Shown: one piece after another, positions 19,316-29,251 of the stretch
How the letters are laid out: every line of letters begins with the position of its first letter
Position numbering within the stretch: position 1 is the stretch's first letter
Assembly: GCF_013365455.1 (NCBI RefSeq)
Contig: NZ_CP046578.1
Location: forward strand, 870,001 to 902,000
DNA from: Wolbachia endosymbiont of Dirofilaria (Dirofilaria) immitis
GTDB lineage: Bacteria; Pseudomonadota; Alphaproteobacteria; Rickettsiales; Anaplasmataceae
Reading direction: 5' to 3'
DNA: 32,000 nt
Notes under the pieces: generated by a model
What the model was told of the DNA's origin: nothing
What the model saw: the letters and a program-made list of their open reading frames with translations, nothing else
Databases searched by the model: none
Translations under genes and position numbers: made by a program

Positions 19316-20212
19316 CTATATCTTCAATATCTTATCATCAGCACACTCATCGTATTCAATCTCAACTGTGGAATGTGCAATTTCAAACTCACTTAATAGT
19401 ATTTTTTTTATTTCATACAAAATATCAGTGTGTTGTGCATCTTGCCTTACTTTAGCATGCATGGTAATTATAAAATAATTGTCAGACAGCGACCATGCAT
19501 GTATGTGATGTACATCAATAACTTCAGGTAGCTTAGATACAATCTCACTCTTTATCCCTTCAGCAGACACCCCTTCAGGTGTGCCTTCAAGGAGAACATG
19601 ACAAGAACTTTTAAGAATTTTATAGCCACTGTTGAGAATTACTATGCTGACAAACACCGACAAAATAGGATCTACTACCTGCCATCCAGTTAGCATAATA
19701 ACCATAGATGCAAATATAGCAGCTATAGAACCTAAAATATCTCCTATAACATGCAACACGGCACTTTTTATATTTATATTACTTTCACATTTACTATGCA
19801 ATATAAAGAAAACTATAATATTAGCAATCAGCCCAAGCGTAGCAACAATTAACATTATTCCCCACTCAATATTAACTGGAAAAATAAATCTCTTTATTGA
19901 CTCAATAATAATGATCACTGAAATGAAAAATAAAGTTAAACCATTGACAAATGCCGCAATTATTTGCAACCTGTGATATCCATATGATCTCTGCAGATCA
20001 GATTTCTTAGTTGAAAATTTGTGTGCTATCCAACTCAAAACTAGAGCAAAAAGGTCAATAAGCATATGCCCTGCATCTGATAATAGAGCAAGTGAATGTG
20101 AAATTATTCCACCTATTACCTCCATAAACATCGTTATTGCGACTATTATTATGGAATGAATTAAACGCCTGGACTCTGCTATTGAATGTTTACCGTTGTG
20201 CACTGCTATCAT
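19316..20212 (-). CDS. cation diffusion facilitator family transporter (CzcD-like)
   Basis: 298 aa; MFMEVIGGIISHSLALLSDAGHMLIDLFALVLSWIA, HVIGDILGSIAAI, VVDPILSVFVSIVI, LLEGTP, DVHHIHAWSL. Confidence 0.93.
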   Translation of the reverse strand: MIAVHNGKHSIAESRRLIHSIIIVAITMFMEVIGGIISHSLALLSDAGHMLIDLFALVLSWIAHKFSTKKSDLQRSYGYHRLQIIAAFVNGLTLFFISVIIIIESIKRFIFPVNIEWGIMLIVATLGLIANIIVFFILHSKCESNINIKSAVLHVIGDILGSIAAIFASMVIMLTGWQVVDPILSVFVSIVILNSGYKILKSSCHVLLEGTPEGVSAEGIKSEIVSKLPEVIDVHHIHAWSLSDNYFIITMHAKVRQDAQHTDILYEIKKILLSEFEIAHSTVEIEYDECADDKILKI

Positions 20213-20239
20213 ATAAAACCATTTTCATGGGCAAAAGTG

Positions 20240-20312
20240 GGCAACACTGGACTCGAACCAGTGACCTTTTGCACGTCAAGCAAATGCTCTACCAACTGAG
20301 CTAGTTACCCAT
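20240..20312 (-). tRNA. tRNA-Val (anticodon GAC)
   Basis: Reverse complement GGGTAAC TA GCTC AGTTGGTA GAGC A TTTGC TTGACGT GCAAA AGGTC ACTGG TTCGAGT CCAGT GTTGCCC A. All four stems fold; 73 nt including discriminator; CCA not encoded. Confidence 0.96.
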
Positions 20313-20555
20313 TGTAACTTTAATATAATGCTTCAGCAGAATGAAAGTCAATTTGCTTTTAAAGCATTGTCCTATCACTCCACCTGACATGATCCAGAAA
20401 TCTAACTGTATAGAATTTTAGCTATACTCTATGATTTTACATACTGAGTTAATTACTCATATCCTTTTGCTAAAATGGAAATTTACTATTTTTTAAGAAA
20501 ATTACACCAAGGTTAAAACATATATCCAAAAATTAAGCATGAAATAAAGAGCAAA

Positions 20556-22654
20556 ATGTCTAACTATGCACCAAAACAAAATAATAGAACTAGAGTTATA
20601 AGAGATAAATTACAAACAACAGGTAAAGCCAGAACAAACAACTATCAACCTGTTAAAAATACAAAGATCATAAACAACCATGCTTTTACAAACCAATCTG
20701 TAAAAACAAGCTCACGGTGCTTTTTTTAGCAAAGCAGTTTTGAATTAACTATACAAGAAACATCTCCAAGAAGATAACTCTTTAAAAAACCTTCACTATT
20801 AAGTAATAATAAACAAATTTTGCAGAGAAAAGGGTATTTTTGCTTACAATAAATAAGTTATCTATTCTTGTGCCAAAGACGACATAAAATGTTATATAAA
20901 TTACGAAACAAACTCAGTAAGGACCATAATCATAAATATATGCCAATAAGTCAATATTATAGCTTCATATATAGGAAACTTATTATGTCGCATACTCTCA
21001 GAGCTTGAAAAAGGTCAAACTAAAAACAGATAAGAAAAATTCTGAACAAATATTAATAGAAAAGAAATTAGAAAATTATTAGGAGAAGCTCCCCAAAGAA
21101 GGATGAAAGAGTGGCTTAATGATCCAGCAAAAATAAAAAATATCCAAATGTGGAATACAATGTATTATACGAAAAAATTTCCGAAAAACTTGTATATACT
21201 AGTATAAGTATTGGCCAAATTAAAAGAATCTATAATAAATATGGAATAATATCTCCAACAGAAAGTAAATTCAGAGAGATGAGAAAAGCTCAGAAAAAAT
21301 AAGATCTAACAAGTATCACAAACAAAAACAGAGTCAACAACATTTCAGGGTAGAACAAATCTAAAAGTTACCGAAGATACGAAGATAATACTGACAGCAA
21401 GTTTAATCAGAACATTGACTTATTCCAGAACAAAAGTTTTTAAAGATCTTACTAATCAGAATAACGACGACATTATCAATAACGAAGGTCTTCTCAAAGT
21501 GCTGGAAGATATTGTAAAAGCTTTCAACAAAATCTTTAGAATAAAAAAGACAATAATCACATTTTTAGCACACGGAAACGTGCTAACTTTTTAGACTGCT
21601 CTTATTTGAGGATAAGAAAAGCTACCAAAAGTATTTAAGTAGCAGTCATATATACATACTCTTATGCTGAAAACGCTAGAAACAGTAGTGATTTACTTAT
21701 AATTATAGTCATCAAGTATAAATTTGTCCATGCATTAATATTCTATTTAACCTCTAAGTTAGACCTTGGCAAAGTTTTGATGAAAAGTTTAGCAGAATAT
21801 GTTGCACAATTAACAGAAGAGGAAAAACTTGTTGATTTTGCAAAATTAGCCAGTGATGAATACAAGAGCATTATTCTAGAATAAACAATCAAAAAAGCTA
21901 TTGATCCTTCCCAAGGAGGGCAGTAGTCACTGCATATATTAAGAAACTTATCCAAATTTTATTGATAATTTTCTTTACACGGCAACAGGAGATAGGAAAA
22001 CTCTAATGTTTTTTATTCCAAAAATAATGATGCAAAAGGCCTACCAAAGCAAAGTAAAAAATCCAAAGAAGAGAAGGGTTTTCTATAATCAAGTAAAACT
22101 GCTCAAGCGCTGAAGATAAGACTGAAATTTGTGGTCTACTAATTTATTTTATGACTCAAAACCACCTAAAAAATCGGCAATATTTAAATAAAATAAAGAG
22201 TAAAAACAAATAGCATTGAAAGAAACAATCCTAAAAATAGAAAAGAGCTCTGATTAAGTTCAAGAAGAAAGCATAAGGCAAATGTTATTATAGATTATAA
22301 CAGCACAAGAAACTCGTATAATAAAGCTGAGGGAGCTGAGAAGCAATCTATATGAAAATTTTGACATAAGCTGCATCATCAATTATAAGATTGCTACTTT
22401 GATAGAAAGGTAAAACTTTACTTTGAAAATGGAAAATTTGCAATTTACGATGGGATGTAAGGAAGCTTATAGTGTGTTTACATGAAGATCAAGCATTTAT
22501 CAAAATAATAAAGGATAGTGACAATTATAGCTTGTCTATAAAAAATGATAAAGTAACAAGCAGTATTAGCAAAATAGGTAATCCAAATCGCGAATTGTTA
22601 TCAGACTCTAGCCATCTTGACTCAGAAGAAAATAATATTATGTTATCAAGTTAA
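20556..22654 (+). pseudogene. region of decayed + strand coding fragments, identity unknown
   Basis: Successive coding-like segments in different frames: MSNYAPKQNNRTRVIRDKLQTTGKARTNNYQPVKNTK... (20556-20729); QVSQTKTESTTFQGRTNLKVTEDTKIILTASLIRTLTYSRTKVFKDLTNQNNDDIINNEGLLKVLEDIVKAFNKIF... (21310-21594); ...KSLAEYVAQLTEEEKLVDFAKLASDEYKSIILE* (21639-21884); YFDRKVKLYFENGKFAIYDGM* then the 22472-22654 ORF. Confidence 0.55.
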
Positions 22655-22753
22655 TATCAAGAATTGAACTCCCACCTAGAAAATAGCTTAATGAAAATAT
22701 TTGATTGTACAGTTGGTCTAATCTATTATGAACACACAATTTAATTTAAACAA

Positions 22754-22799
22754 ACACATAAAGAGTTGCTACATCCAAGCAACAACTCCTCATGTGTGG
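22754..22799 (-). terminator. possible hairpin terminator downstream of pyrB
   Basis: Imperfect inverted repeat GAGTTGCT-acatcca-AGCAACAACTC with flanking cacat/atgtg complementarity; T-rich on the - strand after the stem. Confidence 0.3.
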
Positions 22800-22854
22800 A
22801 AGTTGTTATACTAAACCAAGTATAAGCTTTATAGAATTACATATTTTTTTAGTA

Positions 22855-23754
22855 TTAGCAAGGACTATAATAATGCAACACTGCCTTACGTATTGCTAAC
22901 CCAAACTCTATTTGTTTTAAAATAACACAATCTGCTATATCATCACTAATTTCAACACCTCTATTTATTGGCCCAGGATGCATAACAATCACATCCGGTT
23001 TTGCATACAATAACTTCTGTGAATCAAGCCCATACAAATGAAAGTATTCTCTCTCTGAAGAAATAAAATAACCATTATTCATACGCTCCCTCTGCAACCT
23101 CAAAAGCATAATTACATCAGCGTCTTTTATACCTTCAATCAATGAATAATGAACTGAATCTACTTCAGTAAAATATCTATAAATCAAAGTTGGTGGTGCA
23201 ATCAAACATATTTTCACTCCAAACATTCTCAGTAATCTTATGTTTGATCTTGCAACTCTACTGTGTAAAACATCCCCACATATTACAATTTTGAGATTTT
23301 TCATTTGATCTTTATAACTGCTGATGACAAAAAAGTCAGTAAGGGCTTGAGTTGGATGCTCATTACTCCCATTGCCTGCATTAATCAGTGAACAATTAAC
23401 ACACTGAGCTAGCACATTAATAATACCACTACTTTTTTGCCTGATTATTATATAATCAGGATTCATTGCATTCAATGTTTTCACCATATCTTTTAAATCT
23501 TCTCCCTTATTAATAGAAGAAGCCTTTATCGGCAAAGTTATAACATTTGCTCCAAGACTTTTTGCTGCTATTTCAAAGGATACAAGTGTACGTGTTGAAT
23601 CTTCAAAAAATAAATTTATTACTGTTTTATTTTTTAAAACATGACACCCTGCAGCTTTATTTCCTAGGTATTGACTAGCCAACTTAATTATATTTCCTAC
23701 ATCATTAATTGCAAGATCTTGTACGCTCAGCAAGTTCTTTCTGTGACCTACCAC
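22855..23754 (-). CDS. pyrB: aspartate carbamoyltransferase catalytic subunit
   Basis: 299 aa; FFEDSTRTLVSFEIAAKSLGANV, NAGNGSNEHPTQALTD, GDVLHSRVARSN, VMHPGPINRGVEI. Confidence 0.97.
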   Translation of the reverse strand: MVGHRKNLLSVQDLAINDVGNIIKLASQYLGNKAAGCHVLKNKTVINLFFEDSTRTLVSFEIAAKSLGANVITLPIKASSINKGEDLKDMVKTLNAMNPDYIIIRQKSSGIINVLAQCVNCSLINAGNGSNEHPTQALTDFFVISSYKDQMKNLKIVICGDVLHSRVARSNIRLLRMFGVKICLIAPPTLIYRYFTEVDSVHYSLIEGIKDADVIMLLRLQRERMNNGYFISSEREYFHLYGLDSQKLLYAKPDVIVMHPGPINRGVEISDDIADCVILKQIEFGLAIRKAVLHYYSPC

Positions 23755-23919
23755 TATAGAGCTCCTCCTTAAGACATAACTGCAATTGAATCTATTTTAC
23801 TCTCTTATTATCCTATTTTCAATAAATCCATCCATAAAAATGGTAGTTTAATTCATAATTATCACACTAAAACAAGAACTGGCATCAACTGATAATTAGC
23901 ATTTTAATTTTACTATGGT

Positions 23920-24395
23920 TATCTATATCAATAACAAAAGTGAGGCTGAAAAATGGCTACTTGAAATAAAAAAAGACAGTAAAGTCAGCTTGATGGGTAA
24001 AATCTAAGATCAAGTGCTGTGGAGAACGGAGCCCATGGTTATTGCTTACCTGATTGTCAGAAAGGCTCTCATCTTAAGCTGATTTTTTTACAAGAGAATC
24101 AACATTACTATAATTGGCTCTTCTAACTAGGGAAAACTGATTAGTGGCATACCGCTATAGTCATTATGGCTATCAGTGGCATACTAGAGATAGTAAGCCT
24201 ATCCAAAAAGTAGAAGTGTACTAGATAAAGGTTATGATAAACTAAAGTTGGGCAAAAGGTAAATACTAGATATAGGGGAAATTGATAGTAGACAAGATAA
24301 AAACTTTTAAGAAAGAAGTGGAAATAGAAAAACCAATTAGCAAAATAAGAAACCCAACCAAAGAAGCTACAGGAAAAAACATCATGAAACATTAA
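23920..24395 (+). pseudogene. possible decayed + strand coding fragments
   Basis: Short open fragments MVIYINNKSEAEKWLLEIKKDSKVSLMGKI* and KTFKKEVEIEKPISKIRNPTKEATGKNIMKH*, separated by stops. Weak, composition-based evidence only. Confidence 0.25.
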
Positions 24396-24524
24396 AATCA
24401 AATAATAAATTTTTCCCTGCAATTAAAAGACTTATATAAGGAAGCTTAGTGAATAAAGAACACAATTAAAAAAAGAAATCAACAACACAAGGTTTTTTTA
24501 CCAAGAGTCACTAAATGCCAGGCA

Positions 24525-25556
24525 TTACTTCCATTTACACTCATCAGCTATCATAACAGCTTCGAGCAGATGTTTCTCAAGCTTGCTGAGAGGTAGGTTG
24601 CTTTGTAAATAAGCTCCCCAAGACTGCAATATATCAGAAGTTTCAACACCCTCAACAATAGGATATTCCTGATTTTTTTTTGCATATAATTCCTGAGCTT
24701 GCTTGCTTACTAAAAATTCCAGTAAAGTTATGGCATTTTCTCTGTTTTTTGCGTTTTTTGTTACTGCTGCACCACTAATATTCACCATCACACCATTATC
24801 ATTTTGATTAGGAAAGAAAACCCCTAATTTATCTATGATATTCTTTTTATGTGCATCTTCAGATGAAAAGATTCTTGCAAAGTAATAGCTATTCACTATT
24901 GCAACACCTCCTTCACCAGCAGCTACAGCATAAATCTGATCAGTATCACCACCACTTGGCTTCCTTGCCATATTATTCACAATGCCACTAACCCATTCTT
25001 TTGTTTTTTCAAAACCATCATTAGCAATCATAAAAGCAATTAATGATCTGTTATATGGACTTGTAGAAGAGCGTACTAATATTTTCCCTTTCCATTTTTC
25101 GTTTGCTAAATCTTCGTAAGTACTTAATTCTTTAGGATCTACTAATGCTTTATTGTAAACTAATATTCTAGTTCTTTTCGTGAGACCAAACCAATAATTT
25201 TCACTATCTCTAAATTTTGCTGGTATAGCACTTTTTAAGACCTCTGAATCCACTTGGGATAGAAGCCCTTCTTTTTTTGTTAAAATCAAATTCACCGCAT
25301 CTGCAGTTAAAAGTAAGTCAGCTTCACCACCATTTTCCATGCGTGAAAGTAGTTGAGAATAATCAGCTATAACATAGCGCACCTTAATACCTGTGTTTCT
25401 TGTGAATTCATCAAACAAAGTACGTACTAATTCTTCCTTACGTGATGAATAAACATTTACTACTTGTAAGTTGCCAGTACCATTATTTTTATATAGAAAA
25501 GCAATAACTATTAATACAACTACTACTAAGAATGCCAACATTAAAGCTTTTTTCAT
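24525..25556 (-). CDS. Fe(3+) ABC transporter substrate-binding protein (FbpA/FutA-like)
   Basis: 343 aa; N-terminal membrane/signal segment, VNVYSSRKEELVRTLFDEFTRNTGIKVRYV, LLLTADAVNL, WFGLTKRTRILVYNK, ANEKWKGKILVRSS, ISGAAVTKNAKNRENAITLLEFLVSKQAQE. Confidence 0.92.
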   Translation of the reverse strand: MKKALMLAFLVVVVLIVIAFLYKNNGTGNLQVVNVYSSRKEELVRTLFDEFTRNTGIKVRYVIADYSQLLSRMENGGEADLLLTADAVNLILTKKEGLLSQVDSEVLKSAIPAKFRDSENYWFGLTKRTRILVYNKALVDPKELSTYEDLANEKWKGKILVRSSTSPYNRSLIAFMIANDGFEKTKEWVSGIVNNMARKPSGGDTDQIYAVAAGEGGVAIVNSYYFARIFSSEDAHKKNIIDKLGVFFPNQNDNGVMVNISGAAVTKNAKNRENAITLLEFLVSKQAQELYAKKNQEYPIVEGVETSDILQSWGAYLQSNLPLSKLEKHLLEAVMIADECKWK

Positions 25557-25743
25557 ATTAAATGCAATAACTCCCCCTCCTCAACTAAAAGTAGCTAAAT
25601 AGCAAAATCTTAGCAAGCGAAAGTTTGTTCAGCAATAATATTGATATCCCTTAATTAGAACATCAATATTATTTAGGGAATTATTTTATCCACTAATGCT
25701 ATAAACAGTAACTAGACAATTATGAGATTGAACTACAACCTGT

Positions 25744-25783
25744 TCGAGAGTGAAGCTGCTGTGCTTAGCAGCTTCACTCTCGA
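25744..25783. repeat. perfect inverted repeat, 17-bp arms, 6-nt loop
   Basis: TCGAGAGTGAAGCTGCT-GTGCTT-AGCAGCTTCACTCTCGA, read directly from sequence. Confidence 0.95.
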
Positions 25784-25949
25784 TTTCTCCAAGAACTTTT
25801 ACTCCTTCATGCTTGACTTCTTAACAAATCTCTCCCTAACCTTTCTAGGGGTCAATCTTTCCTCAAGAATACACAAAGTTAGTGCAATTTTACTTTGTTA
25901 CAGTAACATACACCAAAGTATATAATTAATAGTACAAGTACACCTGAGC

Positions 25950-26459
25950 TATAAACAATGATAGCTCTATACTATGGTTCGAGGAGCTTAAATAAAATTC
26001 CTGCATATTATTGACCACATCTATTATAAGTAAACCTAAAGCCTAAAGAAAGTGCTATATTCATAGCAACCACACCAGTCAATAATACAGTAAATAGTGG
26101 CCTATCATTGACTACTGACTTCCACCTTAGAAGCTTTGCCAATTACTCTTTTGTCAATGTTAATAAAATCGTTTTCAGTTTTCCCAAATATTAAGCACAA
26201 AATTTTAATGAGCACCATTACTATATTCTAGTCTCATAGATTTCATAGCTTTATCTTCTAATTGATATTTTAATACCCCAGCTAAAAAATCTCTATTTGC
26301 ACTTTCTACCTGTAGTTAACACTCCTTAGTATTTCTAAGTTATTTTATTACACAAAATATTGGAATAACTATAAGTAATAAGACAAACACAATGACTAGT
26401 ATAGTCACATACTCTTGGCTATTTACAAAAAACGCGATAAACCTTGTTTTATCTTGCAT
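25950..26459 (-). pseudogene. decayed small membrane-protein gene(s), minus strand
   Basis: Reverse-strand fragments in shifting frames: MQDKTRFIAFFVNSQEYVTILVIVFVLLLIVIPIFCVIK* (26340-26459), QVESANRDFLAGVLKYQLEDKAMKSMRLEYSNGAH*, MVLIKILCLIFGKTENDFINIDKRVIGKASKVEVSSQ*, VNDRPLFTVLLTGVVAMNIALSLGFRFTYNRCGQ*. Confidence 0.45.
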
Positions 26460-26580
26460 ACATACTAAAGCTATAGATATGCTAAGTATGATAGGCTTAT
26501 ACTAAAAATTATAAAACCCTTCTACCATACAGTATATTTTACTCTTAGCAAGATTCTGTTTATTTTTTCACCCAAGTTGA

Positions 26581-26950
26581 CTAAAGGAGTGTTAAGTCTG
26601 CTTTACTGTTTTCAACGTCAGAGTCATCTTACGGTGTAAAAGAAGTTGAAAATCCTGGATTATCAAACTCGTCACTGAGTACCTTTTCTAATGCTTTATT
26701 ACTATCACAAGATGTGACCCTACATATCTTCTTCAGTAGTTGACCTTTTTAAGCTATAATCACCTGCTCCATTACCAGACAATCTTAACACTTTCTGCCT
26801 TTTATTCTCAAGGCTTGATTCATTAAACGGATTTACAAATTGTGAAATTTCACTTTCATCATTTCTTTAGGAAACGCTTGCACTAGGTGCTGGTATAATT
26901 TCTTGTATTATCTCGCCACTTTTACTTGCTTGCTTATAGAAAGTTGATAT
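26581..26950 (-). pseudogene. decayed gene for an acidic, Ser/Asn-rich protein, minus strand
   Basis: Reverse-strand fragments TFYKQASKSGEIIQEIIPAPSASVS*RNDESEISQFVNPFNESSLENKRQKVLRLSGNGAGDYSLKRSTTEEDM* and, in another frame, RVTSCDSNKALEKVLSDEFDNPGFSTSFTP*DDSDVENSKADLTLL*. Confidence 0.6.
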
Positions 26951-27061
26951 TAATGTTTAACCTTCCCCATACTACTCTCCAAAATTAATCACACTGTTAT
27001 GCTGACTACACTGTAATTACTAAGACGTAGTAAATACTAATCTAAGGATGAGTATAAAAAA

Positions 27062-27856
27062 TTAGTATAAGAATTGTCTATTAAAGATCCTTTCATCTAA
27101 TGAATAATCTCTATCAAAAAGCAGAGTGATTGTATTTTCATGATCCTTCTGCATTTTTATCTGTGATATATTATGAAACTCCTTATAATCTGATACTACA
27201 ACTGCTGGACGATTTTCTACATCATTAACGTCAACTTGCACTATTGTATCATTCGAAATTAATGCACCGTTCCAATGTCTTGGGTAGTAACTATTGATAG
27301 AGGTCAGTGCAAGCAAGTTTGAGTTTAGCGGTAAAATTGGACCGCCAGCAGAGAAATTATACGCAGTGCTGCCTGTTGGAGTAGACAATATTATTCCATC
27401 ACCTCTAAATTTTTCTATCTTTAGCTTGTTATTTATAGCAATATTCATTTCTACTATTTTATTCACTTTTCTAAAGACGTATACTTCATTCACTGCTATA
27501 TAATGGTACCTCTTGCCGCTTATATCTATAGCTTCCATTTTCAATAAAGTTAATTGAACTGAAGTTGCATACTCTATGTGATCAATTAAATCTTCACTAC
27601 AACTAAAACATTTATTCATCAAAAACCCAACATTACCAGTATTTGTCCCATACACATGCATACTCTTATTTTCTATGACATAATTATGCAAAGTGTGTAG
27701 CATAAAACCATCACCACCAACAACTATCAGTAAATCAGCCTCAAACTTACTCTCTTCTGTTATATTGACAAAATTAAGCTTCTGTAATAGCTTAGATACT
27801 TCCTGGGATTTAGGTGATAGAGAAGCAACATAACCTATATTTTTGTATCTATACAT
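27062..27856 (-). CDS. nadK: NAD kinase
   Basis: 264 aa; LLIVVGGDGFMLHTLH, YGTNTGNVGFLMN, FRGDGIILSTPTGSTAYNFSAGGPIL. Confidence 0.95.
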   Translation of the reverse strand: MYRYKNIGYVASLSPKSQEVSKLLQKLNFVNITEESKFEADLLIVVGGDGFMLHTLHNYVIENKSMHVYGTNTGNVGFLMNKCFSCSEDLIDHIEYATSVQLTLLKMEAIDISGKRYHYIAVNEVYVFRKVNKIVEMNIAINNKLKIEKFRGDGIILSTPTGSTAYNFSAGGPILPLNSNLLALTSINSYYPRHWNGALISNDTIVQVDVNDVENRPAVVVSDYKEFHNISQIKMQKDHENTITLLFDRDYSLDERIFNRQFLY

Positions 27857-27889
27857 GTTTCAGTCAGTTCTCTAAAATAAAGAAGAAAA

Positions 27890-28102
27890 TTAAAAAATAT
27901 CTCCATATCTATTGTTAAACTTAGCTAACTTGCTAGTTTTGTTTGCTGATCTACCTGTCAAGCTTCCAGTCCATGCAGGGTGAGTTAGAGGATCCCTATC
28001 AAGCCTTATCTTATCACCTTCCTTTCCATAAGTGGAACGAGTTTCAAATTCTTGACCGTCTGTTATAACTATAGTAACTTTATGATAATCAATTTCTATC
28101 AT
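27890..28102 (-). CDS. rpmE: 50S ribosomal protein L31
   Basis: 70 aa; DYHKVTIVITDGQEFETRSTYGKEGD, HPAWTG, KFNNRYG. Confidence 0.94.
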   Translation of the reverse strand: MIEIDYHKVTIVITDGQEFETRSTYGKEGDKIRLDRDPLTHPAWTGSLTGRSANKTSKLAKFNNRYGDIF

Positions 28103-28230
28103 TGCTGCCTATAAGTTTTTCGTTTGTTAATATTGTAGCGAATTTAATTCACTAAGTCAATTATTATTCTAAAATATTGACAAAAAATAGATAATATAGT
28201 CTTCTTGATGAAGAATAAACAATAATTATT

Positions 28231-29211
28231 ATGATTTTTGCTTTCCCTGGTCAAGGTTCTCAGTTTATAGGAATGGGAAAGAGTTTATATAGTGAATTTC
28301 CTGTTGCAAGACAGGTATTTAACGAAGTAGATAATATACTAAATAGAAAATTATCCAGTTTAATTTTCGATGGTCCTATTGAAGAATTAACCATCACAGA
28401 AAATGCCCAACCAGCTATAATGACAGTGTCAATTGCAACATTACGTGCTATAGAACACGTACTTGGTAGGTCTCTTTTCTCTAATCACAATGCTAAATAC
28501 ATTTGTGGGCATTCAGTTGGCGAGTATACAGCATTATGTGCTGCAGGTGCATTGACTTTTGAGTCTGCAATTAAACTGCTAAAAGTCCGTAGCAAAGCAA
28601 TGCACGATGCTTCATTGAAATGCCAAGGAGGAATGGTTGCGTTATTAGGTGCAGAAATAAGCGAAGTAGAAAATATACTGAAATTGCCCCAAATTGACGG
28701 AATTTGTGAAATTGCAAATGATAACGGTGGTGGACAGGTAGTAGTGAGTGGTACTGTAGAGGCTCTTGAAATATTACCCAATTTACTCAAAAATACAAAC
28801 GTAAAGAAATTAATCAAATTACAAGTTAGTGGACCTTTTCATTCATCTCTTATGAAACCTGCTAATGAAAAACTTCTAAAATCTTTGGAGAATATCAAAA
28901 TAACTCAGCCTTTAATTCCCTTTGTATCAAATGTTACAGCTAAAGAAGAAAGCAATCCCAAAGCTATAAAAGCTTTACTTGCTAAGCAAGTCATAAGTAA
29001 AGTTAGATGGAAAGAGATGATTCTATATATGTCAAGCCACGGAATTAACAAATTTGTTGAAATTGGACCTAATAGGGTTTTATCTAATTTAGTGAAAAGA
29101 ATTGATCAATCTATCAGTACAAAAAATATAGACAGTATTAGTGATATTGGTAGCTTTTTTGACAAATCATTAATATTAACAGAAAAAAACTTAAAAGCTA
29201 GTTTAAGTTAA
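28231..29211 (+). CDS. fabD: malonyl CoA-acyl carrier protein transacylase
   Basis: 326 aa; FPGQGSQFIGMGKSL, GHSVGEYTALCAAGAL, GPFHSSLMKPA, FVEIGPNRVLSNLVKRI. Confidence 0.97.
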   Translation: MIFAFPGQGSQFIGMGKSLYSEFPVARQVFNEVDNILNRKLSSLIFDGPIEELTITENAQPAIMTVSIATLRAIEHVLGRSLFSNHNAKYICGHSVGEYTALCAAGALTFESAIKLLKVRSKAMHDASLKCQGGMVALLGAEISEVENILKLPQIDGICEIANDNGGGQVVVSGTVEALEILPNLLKNTNVKKLIKLQVSGPFHSSLMKPANEKLLKSLENIKITQPLIPFVSNVTAKEESNPKAIKALLAKQVISKVRWKEMILYMSSHGINKFVEIGPNRVLSNLVKRIDQSISTKNIDSISDIGSFFDKSLILTEKNLKASLS

Positions 29212-29251
29212 ACGTTACCCCAGCTGAGATTATAAAGAATAATACAAAAAA

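Noticed and set aside
19632-19976. 114-aa plus-strand ORF inside the CDF transporter gene
   Set aside because: Hydrophobic shadow of TM segments on the opposite strand.
21743-21955. 70-aa minus-strand ORF in the remnant region
   Set aside because: The opposite strand gives a more coding-like peptide (SLAEYVAQLTEEEKLVDFAKLASDEYK), so this is probably an antisense shadow.
24141-24422. 93-aa minus-strand ORF (Phe/Tyr-rich)
   Set aside because: Composition is what antisense of A-rich DNA produces; no recognisable domain.
25722-25925. 67-aa ORF as a protein-coding gene
   Set aside because: Contains the perfect hairpin at 25744-25783 and shows no family signature; treated as structural or noncoding sequence.
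28485-28817. 110-aa minus-strand ORF within fabD
   Set aside because: Antisense to conserved FabD motifs; shadow ORF.
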